Of a stretch of 64,000 bases of DNA, positions 39,870-53,613 are shown piece after piece. A model generated the notes under the pieces. The model saw nothing but the letters and a program-made list of their open reading frames with translations, did no database searches and had not been told where the DNA came from. The position numbers and the translations under genes were made by a program. This DNA is from Eledone cirrhosa. Taxonomy: Eukaryota. Location of the stretch: the NCBI GenBank assembly GCA_964016885.1, contig OZ024747.1, positions 38,564,001 through 38,628,000 on the forward strand. Direction: 5' to 3'. Each line of letters begins with the position of its first letter. The stretch's first letter is position 1.

Positions 39870-40109
39870 ATTTTGGGGGTTTTTTTTTCGATAATTTTTT
39901 TTAAATGTAAAAGAGTGCAAATATTTGGGCAAAAAGACCCAAATATTATTCTTTCCCCTTCACAGAGCAAAGTCCAAGGGCTTGTATGCAACAACAAATT
40001 CTTGTATGCAACAAAAATTATTGTATGCAACAAAAAATTCAATAAATAAATTTTGACAGGTTAATAAATAAACTTACGGGAGCGAGCAAAAAGACGTCCG
40101 TTCAGACTC

Positions 40110-40220
40110 AATAATAATAATAATAATAATAATGTTTCTGCTTTTGGCACGAGGCCAGCAATTACCCAGTACAATACTGGTACTTTAATTTATCGACCCT
40201 GTAAGGATGAAAGGAAAAGT
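40110..40220 (-). mobile_element. SINE 3' fragment with expanded (ATT)n tail
   Basis: Same SINE family as 18845-19023. The tail abuts the Tx1 5' end. Confidence 0.75.
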
Positions 40221-41379
40221 TATAATGAACGATTGACATGATCCCATTCCTCATTCGCTTAACGAGTGAGATGGAGCTCGTTAGATCGGACCAATGAAAC
40301 AATGTTTCCATTTGTCTTTCTAATTGTTATACTATCTACTGGTCGCAGCTGCTGACAGAATGAGCAACAGGAAATAAAATGTCCTGTTGAATGACAACGC
40401 ATCGCGTTTTCCGGGATCGAACTCACAAACCTTATGATTGCGAATCAAATTTCGTAGCTGCTAAGTGTACACCCGTTTCTTACTATGTCTAAATTACCAA
40501 TCCCTGCCTGCCGATGGTACACTTAGTTATTGTGCCAAACATGCAAATCATCTAGAATATTATATTACCTTACAAGACTGGCTTCATCTTATTTTTATCT
40601 ATCCTATACATTCTAGACGAATGACACAGATAACGGAAGTTTGATCAAAGAACGGATACGATTCTAAAATATGTAGAGAATGGAGATTATTGAGCCTGAA
40701 ACGATTCGGGTTTCATTTGTATCCCATCCATTTATTCAGTAGAATACTGATTTCTCATAGCATCTCATTAATGTAACATCAAAATTTAATTCCAAACTCT
40801 ATTTATACAAATATCTCATGTTGTTATCTCATTAATTGATGTCAGAAAATATCTAAAATACATTTGTATCCTGATATACATTTGTATAAAATACATTTGT
40901 ATCCTGATTTTATAAAAAATAATTAAAACACTAACATATTTGATACCTTCAATAATCATTAATGAACTGCATATTTTGAATCACATAATTAACATATAGA
41001 TCTTTTAAATATAAAAGAAAAAAAGAAAACAAACTAATACAAAATATCTTATAAATCTTAATTGAACAGGTCTATGGGTATATGTACTGTATTCTCATTT
41101 ATTCTCCTTTTATAGCGTTTACAGTTACCAATGTGACATTAGATTACGTTGTTGACAATAAAATATCGAGTTTTCCCATGCTTTCTGCATTTTACTCATG
41201 TAATGAAAAGTTATATTAACAACCAAAAATATTGGAATGATAATCCCAATTTTCAAAAAGGAAGACAAGAGAAACTGCTTATTTAGAGTAGAATCACCTT
41301 GTTAAGCCTCCACGGTAGTTTTCTTAAGTGCCTAGCAAACAGATGTTCAGTTATTGTCTGGTTCAAGCTACGTGACAGT

Positions 41380-41700
41380 GTGGTTTTCGGCCCGAACGAA
41401 GCACAGCCGACCAAACGGTACAAACATTGTGAAGAATTGTATGCCTGTTTCGTAGACCTCGAAATGAAATATGACCACCTTTCACGGGTCTTGTTCTGCA
41501 GATGTGTGGGCTCAATCGATGTGGTGGTTTTCATTCCTTGACTGGGTGATGTTTCGTTCTCTTGAACGAAACACTTCATTTGACATTGCTCCAATATACT
41601 CAGCAGAAGGTGGGGGTTTAAACCTTCAATGGACTGGCGTCGGGTCCAAAGGGCGACTTTTGTACTCACTTACTCACCTCCAAGGAAACTGCATAAGAAC
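41380..41700 (+). pseudogene. Old RTE-like RT fragment
   Basis: YACFVDLEMKYDHLSR resembles the RT motif xCFVDLEKAYDRVxR. Confidence 0.5.
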
Positions 41701-42133
41701 CGGCCTAATGAGCATCCTGGCTTGAGACAGAATTTAGGCTTTAGACAACTTTCACATTCATCCATCCAAGGTGGATGAAATAAAGAAAGTCAAACTGCTA
41801 TTCGATATAGGAAACATTGCAATTTATGTATATCATACACCGCCATCTATTCAATTTATAGCTCTGTTTAAATATACCTGGATATCAGTTTATCTTAGCC
41901 GAGTAAGATATTTGATGGTGTTATTATTGCATTTATAACTACAACATTATTGATGATGGTCGTGGCTATGATAATGATATTCTTTCATTTGTTGATACAA
42001 CTCTTGGTATCGATCATCTGGTATATTTAATATATATTGACACAAATTATAAATTCTGAACGTTACAAAATACTACATTGATCCCGTTTTAATCTGATGT
42101 TACATAATCGACAAGAAGCTGCGTTTATTTGAA

Positions 42134-42199
<66 letters not shown>

Positions 42200-42535
42200 G
42201 GTGTGTGTGTATGTCTGTGTACAGTGAGAACGAGAGAAAGAAAGGGACGTGTTTATAGTATAGTCAAAGAAAGATAAGGAGAAAGAGAAAGATACACCTA
42301 CTGCCTATATATTAGTGATCAGAATAAGACGACTCCAAGCCAAAATCTAATTCACAGGATATTATATATATTGATTCAGCCCTTAAAATTAAATATTCTT
42401 ATTATAATCTCTTTACTCTTCCCTCAATCGTTATCTTCAACAAGATCAAAAGTTAAAAATAATTTTAAATAGAACTACATTCTCAAAAAAAAAAAAATGA
42501 TTAAGTTAGTTCATAAAAAATGAGTTCTAACAGAC

Positions 42536-42730
42536 TACCGCTGAAATGTTCATAGGTTCATTATGAAGAGGTAATGCTAGAGATATGAAATCTTGCATGC
42601 ATTAATTTCAACTCTTCTTATTAACACCTGCATCGTTTATTTCCATGGACTGTATTGAAAAATAAACCTCATTTGGCCATCCCATGAGAATATTTTGTTT
42701 AGCCTATGAACCTTTCAGCCGAGCCCCGTA
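42536..42730. mobile_element. Tc1/mariner-type MITE
   Basis: TIR GCTGAAATGTTCATAGG / CCTATGAACCTTTCAGC, TA at the ends, homologous to 19058-19250. Confidence 0.7.
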
Positions 42731-43439
42731 TCTGCTTTCACGTATAACGTAAAAATTAACGTAAATCCTGGTGAGACGGAAACGAAAGAAATGTAGAATA
42801 TAATGACCTCAATCAGATATGTATGTATGGATCCGTATCACGTGATCGTTTCGCACGGGCGGCTTAGTGACATGCAGCATGTCTTTGGGATTTTAAACCT
42901 CTTCAGGATTAAACACAACCAATTTCACCAAGCGAAGGAATGACGAAGAGAGAAAGAGGGAGTGAGAGTGAGGATACAAATGTTTAAACTGATAATTATA
43001 ACAAAAAATGCTACTATCTGGACCAAGGATTTATTTATAATAGCAAATATTACATATACCTATAAAATATGGCATTAGATTGGTGTCTAATTCCGTAGGT
43101 TATAATACAAACAATCTGTTATAACCCTACACACACATACTCACAAACACACAGAAGCACACGTAACGACTTTATTTTCAGATGATTTATGAGCAAAATT
43201 CTGCCCACCTCTATATACTATCCGCAGCAACAAAACATTATTAAGAAACTAGATTAGTTTGCAGACAGCTAAAGTAGCAGCAACATCGGACAGGATTATG
43301 ACATATATGTCATCCATGGTGAACAGCTGTCATCGACATGCCTTGACATGACTAGTATTTCCGCAATCGGGAAGCTCGATATATAAATATTGCAAAGTCA
43401 AGATTGAACCGAGGACAGAAATAACATCATTCAAGATAC

Positions 43440-45149
43440 TAAAGTAGGCCGTCTCCATTAGAGTTACACAAATTGTACAAAAGACTTAGTAAAAGAATTT
43501 TAGATATGATTATACCCGAAATTAGAAGCTTGGCCCCTCTAGCCCTGTGGAATAATTCTTTCGCACTGGGCGATTGGTTCAATGGCATATGTGACCAGGA
43601 AAATTGCCATTTTATCCAATTTGACATGAACAACTACTACACTTCCATCACTTTACCACTTCTTCTTAGAGCTATAAATTTCGCGAAAATGGTCACAGTT
43701 GTTAAGGATTTCGAAGTTGATATCATCTTAAATGCCCGTAAGTCAGTGATAAATTTCGACGACTCTATTTGGATAAAAAAATGTAATAGTACCTCTTTAG
43801 ACGTGAGTATGGGCGCCAGCGATTCGGCGGAGGTTACAGATCCTATGGTTCTATTCCTACTTTTCTCTATCAACGAAGAATTCCCTAATGTAGGTAGGGG
43901 CCTGTACCGCGATGACGGTCTTTTGACCATGACAACATGTTGTCCCCGCGCTTGCGAGAGGTTTAGGAGAGAACTCACTTTCTTTAAAGGCTTCAGCCTC
44001 TCCATACAAGTTGAAGCCAACCTTTCTGTTGTAAACTACCTCGATGTAACACTCAACTTATCGAATATCTTGCACAACCCATATAAAAAGCCGAATGATA
44101 CGCTTAATTACATTAGTAAGCATTCTAACCATCCAGCCAGCATAGCAAAGAACCTGGTAAGAAACGTTTCATTGAGGCTTTCTCGTCAATCAACTAACGA
44201 GCATATTTTCACCGATCATTCACATATTACAATGAAGCTCTTGCTCCGAATGGATTTGCCGATAATGTAGCATATACTAAGTACGAGCATAAACCTAGGA
44301 AAAATAGACTCCGACGCATTACATGGTTTAACCCACCATATAATATGGAGGTGGCCACACCATTAGCAAAAATCTTTCTCTGTCTAATTAAGAAGCATTT
44401 CTCCTCAGCACATAAATATAATAAAATATTTAATAGAAACACAGTTATAATATCTTACTCCACGACTCCTAACTTTGCATATAACATCACATAACATCAC
44501 TGCATCAATTTTAGCCAAATGATCTAGCCGTATTAACACTAAGAACCCTAGTACTAGTACTAACTGTAAATGTAAGGTCAACACAATCACGTCTAGTAGA
44601 CCCTATGCTTAACCGCCGATAGATTCAAGCAGGATCTTTACATGCAAACCCATTCTTTTCTTAAGCCTTTAAGAAGGAACATGGCCTCACATTCGGCATA
44701 TATCTGGAGTCTAAAACACAACCACACCCAATAGAAGTTACACTGGGGGATCGTAGCTAAGGCCAGATCGTATAACGGAAACAAAAGACTATGCGATCTT
44801 TGTGCCGCTGAAGCCCTGGAAATACTCTACGCCTATGATCAAATCTTAAACAAACATTTTTGAGGCAATTTCGGCTTGTAAACACAAATTTCACAAGACC
44901 TTCCTGTATTGCAGCCCCACATAATACCCCAACGGGTAGTACGGACAATACGCGGATAATAAACGTCTTGATGTGGTAGCTAAGTATATTTTATGTTTAT
45001 ACCATTATTTGTATTTATAGGTAAGTACACCTTACCGAAATGTTCGTGCAGGTACGTATTCCTTTTCGTAAGTATATGTGCTTGTATGTGTTGTAGGTGC
45101 ATATTATATATACATGTATGTGTATATTTATATATATATGTGTTTGCTC

Positions 45150-45247
<98 letters not shown>

Positions 45248-45430
45248 ATGTGTGTGGATATGTGAATATTTATGTATGTATATGTATGTATGTATATTAT
45301 AACATCACTGTTCACCTGGTGAACAATGAACTACACTGATGAAGGGTGATACCCAGAAACATTAGTGTCTGCATCTCTATTTACATGCCAACACAGGAGC
45401 AAGAATGAGGGACTCATTCTATTGACATTG
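43440..45430 (+). mobile_element. 5'-truncated Penelope-like element (Naiad-like RT + partial GIY-YIG + 3' UTR with HHR)
   Basis: FIQFDMNNYY, DVSMGASDSAEVTD, GLYRDDGL, VNYLDVTLNL, PYKKPND..SNHP, ITWFNPPY, CDLCAAE. Confidence 0.88.
45332..45373 (+). ncRNA. Minimal type I hammerhead, family C
   Basis: taCA-CTGATGA-aGGGTgatACCCa-GAA-ACA-ttag-TGT-C-TGca. Confidence 0.75.
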
Positions 45431-45477
45431 CTTTAAAAAAAGAGGCGGTTTGCATAATTGCAAACGAATCAAATATT

Positions 45478-45662
45478 AGAGGGTCGGTAGAGGGTCGGAC
45501 GCCATGCTTTGACGCATAGAGTTACGGCCCTTGCCATTCTGAGTTCAAATCCCGCCGAGGTTAACTTTGCCTTGCATCCTTGCGGGGTCGATAAAATAAA
45601 GTACCAGTAATGAACTGGGTAATTGCTGTCCTTGTGCCAAAAGTAGAAACAATTATTATTAA
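45478..45662 (+). mobile_element. tRNA-derived SINE
   Basis: B-box GAGTTCAAATCCC; ends AGAAACAATTATTATT. Confidence 0.82.
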
Positions 45663-45685
45663 TATTCGATAAACTCAGATTACAC

Positions 45686-45716
<31 letters not shown>

Positions 45717-46394
45717 CCAGCAAGAATTAGGTATTAGGATTGGTGCTGTGAAATAGCCATGTATACGTGAATGTATGTATAGCATATTTGGTAATATACC
45801 GCATGTTTATTTACCACCTTTGCTGGACCGGCAATCACTCTGTATAATCAGCTCCTGATTATTACTGGTAATCTATAAGAATCCAGCTTCTATAATTTTC
45901 GGCGAAAGCAGGGTATGAACGCCAACCAGCTTCTCTCCCTTCTTTCTCCGAAAAGAAGTAAGTGACATAGTCACTACTTTAAAACTGATAGCGTATGGTC
46001 TTCTAAATCTTTTTAATTAAACATACGGTATATTGCCAAATATACTATACATCGCTTTTTCAGAGCACGAATCCTAATATATATATATATATAGTACACA
46101 TGTACTTTGGTTCTCTGAACTGTAGTATAATCACTCTCTTTCTCTCTCTCTATCTCTATCTCTTTCTCACTCTCTCTCTCTTTATATCTATATTAATAAA
46201 GCTGACGGCCGTATGTAAAATGAGGAGAACATTACTGGTACTTTATTATATATAATATATATAATACGACATTATTCTCTCTTTCTTACTCTGTTTTTTT
46301 TTAGATATATACATAGCTATAACGTGGCACGTTTATAATATCTGTCTGTATGTCTGTCTGTCTGCATTGACTTGTTGATTACTTCAGACTAACA

Positions 46395-46423
<29 letters not shown>

Positions 46424-46426
<3 letters not shown>

Positions 46427-46711
46427 TCCATTTAATAGCTCACAGAATAGGGCTATATGTTTGGTAGTAAAAGCAAAAAAATTATCACATAGTTATTTTT
46501 TTCTTTTCTCTATTACGCGTTCACATGTATATAACACTGTTCTTATTTTTCAGGGTCTTTCAATTCGAATGTTTAGATAGCTCATACGTTGTCTAATAAA
46601 TTTCAACTATGCAACCGCGATAACCTTTCCCGCTAACATAACTATGTGATCATTTTTTTGCTTTTACTACCAAACCTATAGCCCTATTCTATGAGCTATT
46701 AAATGGAATAT
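46424..46711. repeat. Fold-back with about 70-bp arms (46424-46495 / 46639-46711) next to (TA)n
   Basis: TATTCCATTTAATAGCTC...CACATAGTTAT and its reverse complement. Confidence 0.8.
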
Positions 46712-47196
46712 AAAACTTTTGTGGATACGTAAACAAGTTGAACAATACAACATAGAAATATATTTTATTGTGAGGATTTGCTATTTAAAACACGTAAAAA
46801 TCACCTGGACCATACGTGATTTTACTGATAATCTATTACATACCTCATAACAATTTTTCATATAATATCAGAGAAACTATAAAATATGTATTTTGTGTTG
46901 AAAATATAAATTTTTTTTTTAGGTTTTCTTCTTTAATATTTTTTTTAATTATTTTTTCTTTGCATTTTTTAATATTTTTATTCACTGCATTTAGTTATTG
47001 TTTTTATTATTCTTATTATCTTTTTCTACTTTTCGTGTTTGAGAAAAAAATAGAAAGGTATTCATGTCAATTCAGAAATCATTGTGTGAGCAGCATTAGG
47101 AAAGACTAACAATAACAGGTGCTGTTGGTGAGGGAATATGGCGGTACTCCTGTATGGTTGATGTTAAGATTATTACATTCTCTACATTCCATCTAT

Positions 47197-48200
47197 TCTT
47201 CTTCTTCTTCTTCTTCTTCTTCTTCTTCTTCTTCTTCTTCTTCTTCTTCTTCTTCTTCTTCTTCTTCTTTCACGTATTTCACGTAATACCGTGTTAGCGG
47301 GTCCTGACAGAAACAATCGTCTCATATTGATCTGACTGGATTCCAAAAAGAGACAAGCCAGACAAGTGCATATTATCTTACAATCCTGCTCTCGGTCTAA
47401 TCCTTGTTCTCATGGCGATTGATTTTGCCTGTAAAATCTGTCAACCGATATTTTCCTGAGCCATTCTAATTATATATCCGTAGAATTGGAGTTCTGATCT
47501 CTCTATTCGGAGATGTAGCATCTCTACCCTGAGAAAAATCTTTGTTCTTCGTGTACCGCATATTATCGAATAAAGTTGCTCCAAACACCATTCGGTAGAG
47601 ACCTATTCCAGTTGTTTACATTCGTTATCCCATCATTCCTTCGGTCATTTCAAACGATTCATAACCATACTTAAGATTTAACACGAATATGGAATCGAAG
47701 ATAGTGAGGTTGGATTTTATACCTACCTCCTCTCTTCTGGTGACCTTTTACATCAATGAACCAGCTTCTGCAACATTTGCACTTAATTCAGCCTCCTGTC
47801 TTCTATCACTCGTGAACACGGTCCCGAGACACTTTAACATACCCACCTGCTTTAGTGGAATTCCACTCATGTGTAGAGTGCACTGCACAAACTTCCTTGA
47901 GAGGAAGAAAGACTCAGTTTTTCTAATATTGATTTTCATCCCTACTATAGAGTACACTGCAATAAACCTATGAAATGCATGTCGGAGATTACCTTCTAAG
48001 GGATTAAGTAGTACCGAATTGTCCAACACGTCTACGCATGTCATTCCAGTTCATGATGCGTATAAACAAGAGAGGTGAGAGTACGTACCCATAGCAGTGT
48101 CCGAAATCCACATTGAACGATTTCCATTTAGCAACAGGTGGTATATCTGGTCGTGAGGTTATCGTTCGCCATAATCTATAGCAACACTTTCGCCACACGA
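47197..48200 (-). mobile_element. Decayed RTE-type LINE 3' part with (GAA)n tail
   Basis: GYVLSPLLFI, GMKINIRKTE, LKCLGTVFTSDRRQ on the minus strand; (TTC)n at 47197-47268. Confidence 0.65.
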
Positions 48201-49447
48201 TCTGTGAAGTCCGTCTGTGAGATATCGTCTAGACAAAGGTTTAGAGTTTGTGCTCTTCCCATTTTATATTGTTTGTTATTCAATCAATTTTTTTGTGTTT
48301 TGTTTTTGCATATGTCCTCTGATGTAGTAGTTCAGATAAGCGGCTACGCTGTGTTTGTTTCAGTGTCAGATTATATATATTGATTGAATAATCAGGATCA
48401 AATATGTGACAGAAGTGGCAAAAGCTATGAAGTTTATATATAAGCCAAGGTGTACGTGGTTATATACACTACAATACATGATTATTTAAGCTGAGATTTT
48501 GTAAAGTAATCTTGTTTATTTTTGGAGAGAAATGTCACTGTTCCTGCTTATGTAAATTCCTTGTACGATATTATCATAACGTCTATAATTTATTTTGAGA
48601 TAAATACAATTGTTTTTAGTGTAGATTGCAGTTAAGTAAATATACGGCAGGCATAATATTGAAAAGTTGAAATTGTTTTTTTCCATAATAAATATGCATT
48701 ATTGCAAAACACTAAGTAAATATATTCAAGCAAAAACATACATTGCAGAAATACACAATTCCCTACAATATATTGGAAAAAGAGATTTTGTTTCATAGAT
48801 TATTTCAAACATATGTCTGATTTGTCATTTAATTGATAGTTGGTGCGACAGTGGATGAAATAATTGTCATATACACGTAAACAACTAAATAGACGATCGC
48901 TTAATAATTTTAGAAGCTGAAGAGCCAAACGACACCCACCCAAACAATCATGGTACTACGTTTAAAAACTAAATATTCATTTCTTAAATTAGAATATAAT
49001 CTATTAGTTCACGCTGGGTTGGGGGTGCTACATTGAGTGATATTCATAACTTCGTTCAATTGTATGTAAAATGAATTGACTTTAGTTTTGAATTAAAACA
49101 TTGTCACTATACTTTTCATTGAATGCTTTCACAACGTTGCTTGTCACTACCCTTAACATATGCAATGCTGAATTGTTTCTTTTCTGGGACTTTAAGTCAG
49201 AAAGTACGGTAACGATGTAAAATAGTGGCAAGCAATTAGTTTTAGATATCGTTTATGTATGCTAAGTCATTGTCTCTCTCTCTCTTTTTACTGTTAGTGT
49301 TGATGTATCATTAGACAGATTTAGCTTCTATTTCTAGCAAGTCAATCTATCAAAGCTAGGATTGTTATGTATAATCTAAAGGAAATGGTAGTGTTCCATA
49401 AAAAGCGTAATTTACTTGTATTAACTTTTCTATAACGCATTACAGCA

Positions 49448-49569
49448 GTCTTACGGCCACATCACGCTGAAAACACCTTTGTCGTGCGATCACCGAAGTT
49501 TAGTAACGTCAAGTCTAAATAGTGCTTAGATGGATGACCGCTTGGGAAATCTAGTTGCTGTAAGCATTT
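49448..49569 (+). pseudogene. Diverged 5S rRNA copy (pseudogene or 5S-derived SINE head)
   Basis: About 120 nt collinear with metazoan 5S: TACGGCCACATCACGCTGAAAACACC..CGATCACCGAAGT..TAGTGCTTAGATGGATGACCGCTTGGGAA..GCTGTAAGC. Confidence 0.88.
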
Positions 49570-51094
49570 CGTAATGGCGGTGCCCCACCATGGCGTCAGC
49601 CTGTCGGTTGGATCAGGTAACAGAGTAACAGATTATAAGCTATTGAATGTCTTTCAGGTAATTCACTGCATTTTAGAGAGTCAACAAATATTCCAGTACG
49701 AAATTCAATAAATGCCATTCATTTATTTAACAACCTTCGTTATGTACAAATCGATGAGAAATGAACGAACATAGTGCCGACTTTCTTATTTCTCGGTGTA
49801 ATTGAATAACAAGAAACGGCTAAAATTGATTAGTTGCTTTTCAGCATTAAAATTTCATTGTTTACTTCATTTAAATGGATTTTATAGAGACTATGGAATT
49901 AGTTTTGTGATATTCCCTTGCACGTGTATCTATTTAGATTTATCACTTTTATTATTTTTTTTTTAAACATTTATGTGCATGTATTATTTCATTAGAAGAG
50001 AAATTTTCTAATGTTACAATATTTTCTAGCTTTAGTTTTTAAAATAAAACCCCCATGATAACACTCATAATAAGTTCGTACTTAAAGAAAATAAATGTCT
50101 GCAGAGGTAAGGATTTTTTCTAGTACATAACTGACTCTTGTTCCATTTGTGACATAAGGGTAGTAGCATTAGAACCGGAAATTCTTTTATGCACAAACAT
50201 CTTTATACTTTTAATTGCAGCCGATTGTTTAATTATAGTCAAATGAATGCCATACACCTCAACGCATCTTAATTTACAGTTCCCATCGACCCCTTTTCGC
50301 ATAATAACATATAAGATATAATTGATCAGAAAACAGCTAGCTTTACTCAGATAGATGTTTCCTAATAAAGACAAGAGAACTAAACTGGTGAAGAAATCCA
50401 TGCTCGTACAAGTTCCAGCCAGAAAGTACACAAACAATTCTAACTGCTCCAAACACTGCAATCGGTTCACTGAAACGTGCACTGCAGGAAAAATTAATGG
50501 CTAGTCACACTATTTGCATTTGAAGAATATTCCTTTATTAATCACCGCACAAACCCTAATCATCTACCAAAACGATAACGGTTCTTTCATTTTATTTTAG
50601 TCTTTTCTGAATCCTGCCACACAGAAAACTACAAGAAAGATGGCTATGTAAGAACTACTTTAACTTTACGGCCGTACAGTTGACACCACCCCTTTATCCA
50701 ATATAGACATTAACTGTAGGAATTCTTCTTTAAACTAGTACATATACACATTGAGCTATTGCTTTCTCTTAAAAGATGGCAATTACATTCTATATGTTTA
50801 ATTCACTACCCGCCTTTGAACATTTCTGATGTAGTTCTAACTTTGATATGTATGTATGTATTTTATTCTTCTAGTTTTATAATTTCACACAGTTTTACCA
50901 ATAGAGGGGGAGTCGGTTTCTAACATAGTTGCAAGACTCTCTCATTGGAATTTACACAGCATCAATTAGGTAGATGATGTATGCATGCAGGCATGTGTAG
51001 ATATGGATGTTATTGTATGTGTGGATGTGTATGTTTTGAGTTGTATGTGTGCATGTGTATATGCTTTGTATCTGTACATGTGTATATGCAGTTA

Positions 51095-52925
51095 TTAGCT
51101 GCAAAATATTTGGAATGTTTTACATATTTTTACTGTTCCATTAATTGATTCTACTTGTAATTTCCTAACTAGTTGCGTTCTTTCTGTTCCTGTGAAGCCT
51201 AGCTTCTCAAGATTTGTATTGAGACAGTTACTAACATATCCCAGTGCCCCAATAAAAACAGGCATAAATCTGAAGGTGTAATCAGGGTGGAGTATCTGCA
51301 GATATTTCATCAATTCTGCATAAATATTCTCCTTTTCGCTAATCTTTGATATTATATTGGCATCTGCTGGGCAGCTAACTTCCACTACTGTGCATGCTTT
51401 CTTTTCCCTGTCCCATATCATAATATCTGGTCTATTATGCCTGCATTTTATTGGGGTTTTTACTGGAACATTCTACCAGTACTCTTTCATCTATATATAT
51501 AAAACTGAGGATGTATATCTATGTGTGTGTGAGTTTGAATCCCTAAAACTATAGAAGCACCCAACCGACTGTTTTCAAACTTTACACATGTAATACTTAT
51601 GCCCTAGGGACCGCATTAGGTGATTTAGCGATCTCTCTCTATAATTCTTAGTCTTTTCTCTTTTTAGATAGATACATACATATAACGTCACGTCTTTATA
51701 ATATCTGTCTGTATGTCTGCTGTCTGCATTACGTCACTTCCCTAAGGATGTCTGTCTGTGTGTGTGTGTGACTGTGAGTTTGAATCCCTAAAACCCGAGA
51801 AGTACCCAACCGACTTTTTCAAACGTTACATGTGTATCACTTATGTTTCAGGGAGTGTTATGCACATAAACAAATTCAACTGCGTTTTTTCAGGTTTTAG
51901 GGGTATCTTTGAGGCGTTACTTCAGACTGATTTCCTTGAAATTGTAACTATTTATCAGTCAGTCTTTTCTTCATACCATGAGCAAAGAAAATCCAACTTT
52001 TTTATTGTCTAGGGCCCGCACTAGGTGAAAACTTCATTTTTTCTGCTTTTTAGGGCTTTTTTGAGGCGTTACGTCTAGCCGATTACCCCGAAATTTCGAG
52101 GCATGTTATGCACATAAAAAAAATTCATTTTCTTGATCCCCAAGGAACAGTAGATGAAAACCTGCATTGTTCCTGCTTCATCGAGGAAAATATTACAGAT
52201 TATCTAGCCATCAGAGTATTCGGTTTATTTTCTTTACATATTGTCGAGGCATGCAGTTTTTCACGATTAGGTCTGTTGGCCCCGCGTTCCAAAATATCTT
52301 ATCCCGTGCAACGCCTGGTACCACTGCTAGTATTATATATGTGGATGTCTTCCAAATTGCTGTAGCTTTTAATGTGTTTATTATCGGGGCTATCTTTTAT
52401 ACGGATTGCATTGTACAATGTTTTGGCCATTACATCATGCCTCATAGTTAGATAGTACCGCGATGACATCTTTGGCCAGCTGCTGATGACATGGGTGACA
52501 TCTTCAATGTTAATTCTGCAGAGTCTGCACTTGTTATCACATCTAGGTGTTTTGCCTGCGTCCCGATCTCTTTTGTGAATCAGGTATTTCGTGTTAATTT
52601 CCTGTTCTTGGATTGCAAAAGCGTATTCTTCAAAGTGTGAGCCAATGTAGCGGTTGTTGGTCCAAGATAGATTACTTTCCTTATCTATATTAATCTCACT
52701 CTGGAGCTACCTGGCAACATATCCATGCATGATTTTCTGCTGATAGGCATGCAGTTTTTTATCCATGGATTCACTGCAGTACTGCTGAGCGACTTCCCTG
52801 GGTGTGAGTTTTTGATTATCACACAGGGAATATATTTCGAGGAGTTCCTTTCCAATTCTTATGATCTTATCTGTTTCATGCAGATAGACTTGCACGAGAG
52901 ACGGGCTCCTACGCTTAGAGTTTCG
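51095..52925 (-). mobile_element. 5'-truncated R4/NeSL-type RLE LINE interrupted by a Helitron
   Basis: QEQEINTKY, CRLC..EDVTHVISS..RHD, then after the insertion HNRPDIMIWD..VEVSCP..K..IY..MPVFIGALG. Confidence 0.85.
51490..52330 (+). mobile_element. Non-autonomous Helitron inserted at an A|T site
   Basis: Flanks ...TTTCA|TCTATA...CTAG|TATT, 3' hairpin, no TSD. The host LINE frame rejoins when it is removed. Confidence 0.9.
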
Positions 52926-52942
52926 TGGATGTTGTCGGAGGG

Positions 52943-53032
<90 letters not shown>

Positions 53033-53142
53033 GTAATAATAATAAAATTGAAGACTAAAATCCAAAGAGGGCTCGATAAGGATAAATATATATCAAATAT
53101 ATAAGAACCGTAGAGCAAATATTTATTAAAATAACAGATTAA

Positions 53143-53193
53143 AGTTTAAGCAAAGAATCGCAGCTTTCACCCTTAACGGGATCTTCTGAAACT
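53143..53193 (-). ncRNA. Hammerhead family D (U4A core), inverted pLTR copy
   Basis: Reverse complement of 56497-56547 with one stem III change. Confidence 0.6.
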
Positions 53194-53613
53194 AACAAAG
53201 TCAATCTGTAAACGCAAAACTGGATATTTCAAAACACGTTGCAACCGGAGGAAGACAGGAAGACGATACTTTGGTTCGTAGTAACGTTCGCTGGCAAAGA
53301 ACGGGAAAAAACGAATAATACGTCATTAAAAGGAGCGGTGAAAAACAATTACGCGCAAAGACAGAACCACGTTTAGGTATAAAAGAGGTCGTACACTAAT
53401 GTTCTCTTAGGTGGTGCATAGAGACGTTCTCTGGCAATGAACGAAAAAACGAAGATAATAAGTCATACGTGGAGCGTGGAGAACAATAGCACGCGAAGAC
53501 AAAACCACGTAAATGGTATAGCAGAAGTCGTAGACTAAAATTCTAACTAGGAGACCAAATGAATCTCCGCTACAGAGTTAAGAACAAAGTAAATAAATAC
53601 AATACAGAAGTAT

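Larger units (their letters stand above)
34244..40109 (-). mobile_element. Tx1/L1-clade non-LTR retrotransposon 2, near full length, related subfamily
   Basis: Same architecture as element 1, with AATAAA and (ATT)n at the 3' end and (ATT)n at the 5' end. Confidence 0.9.
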
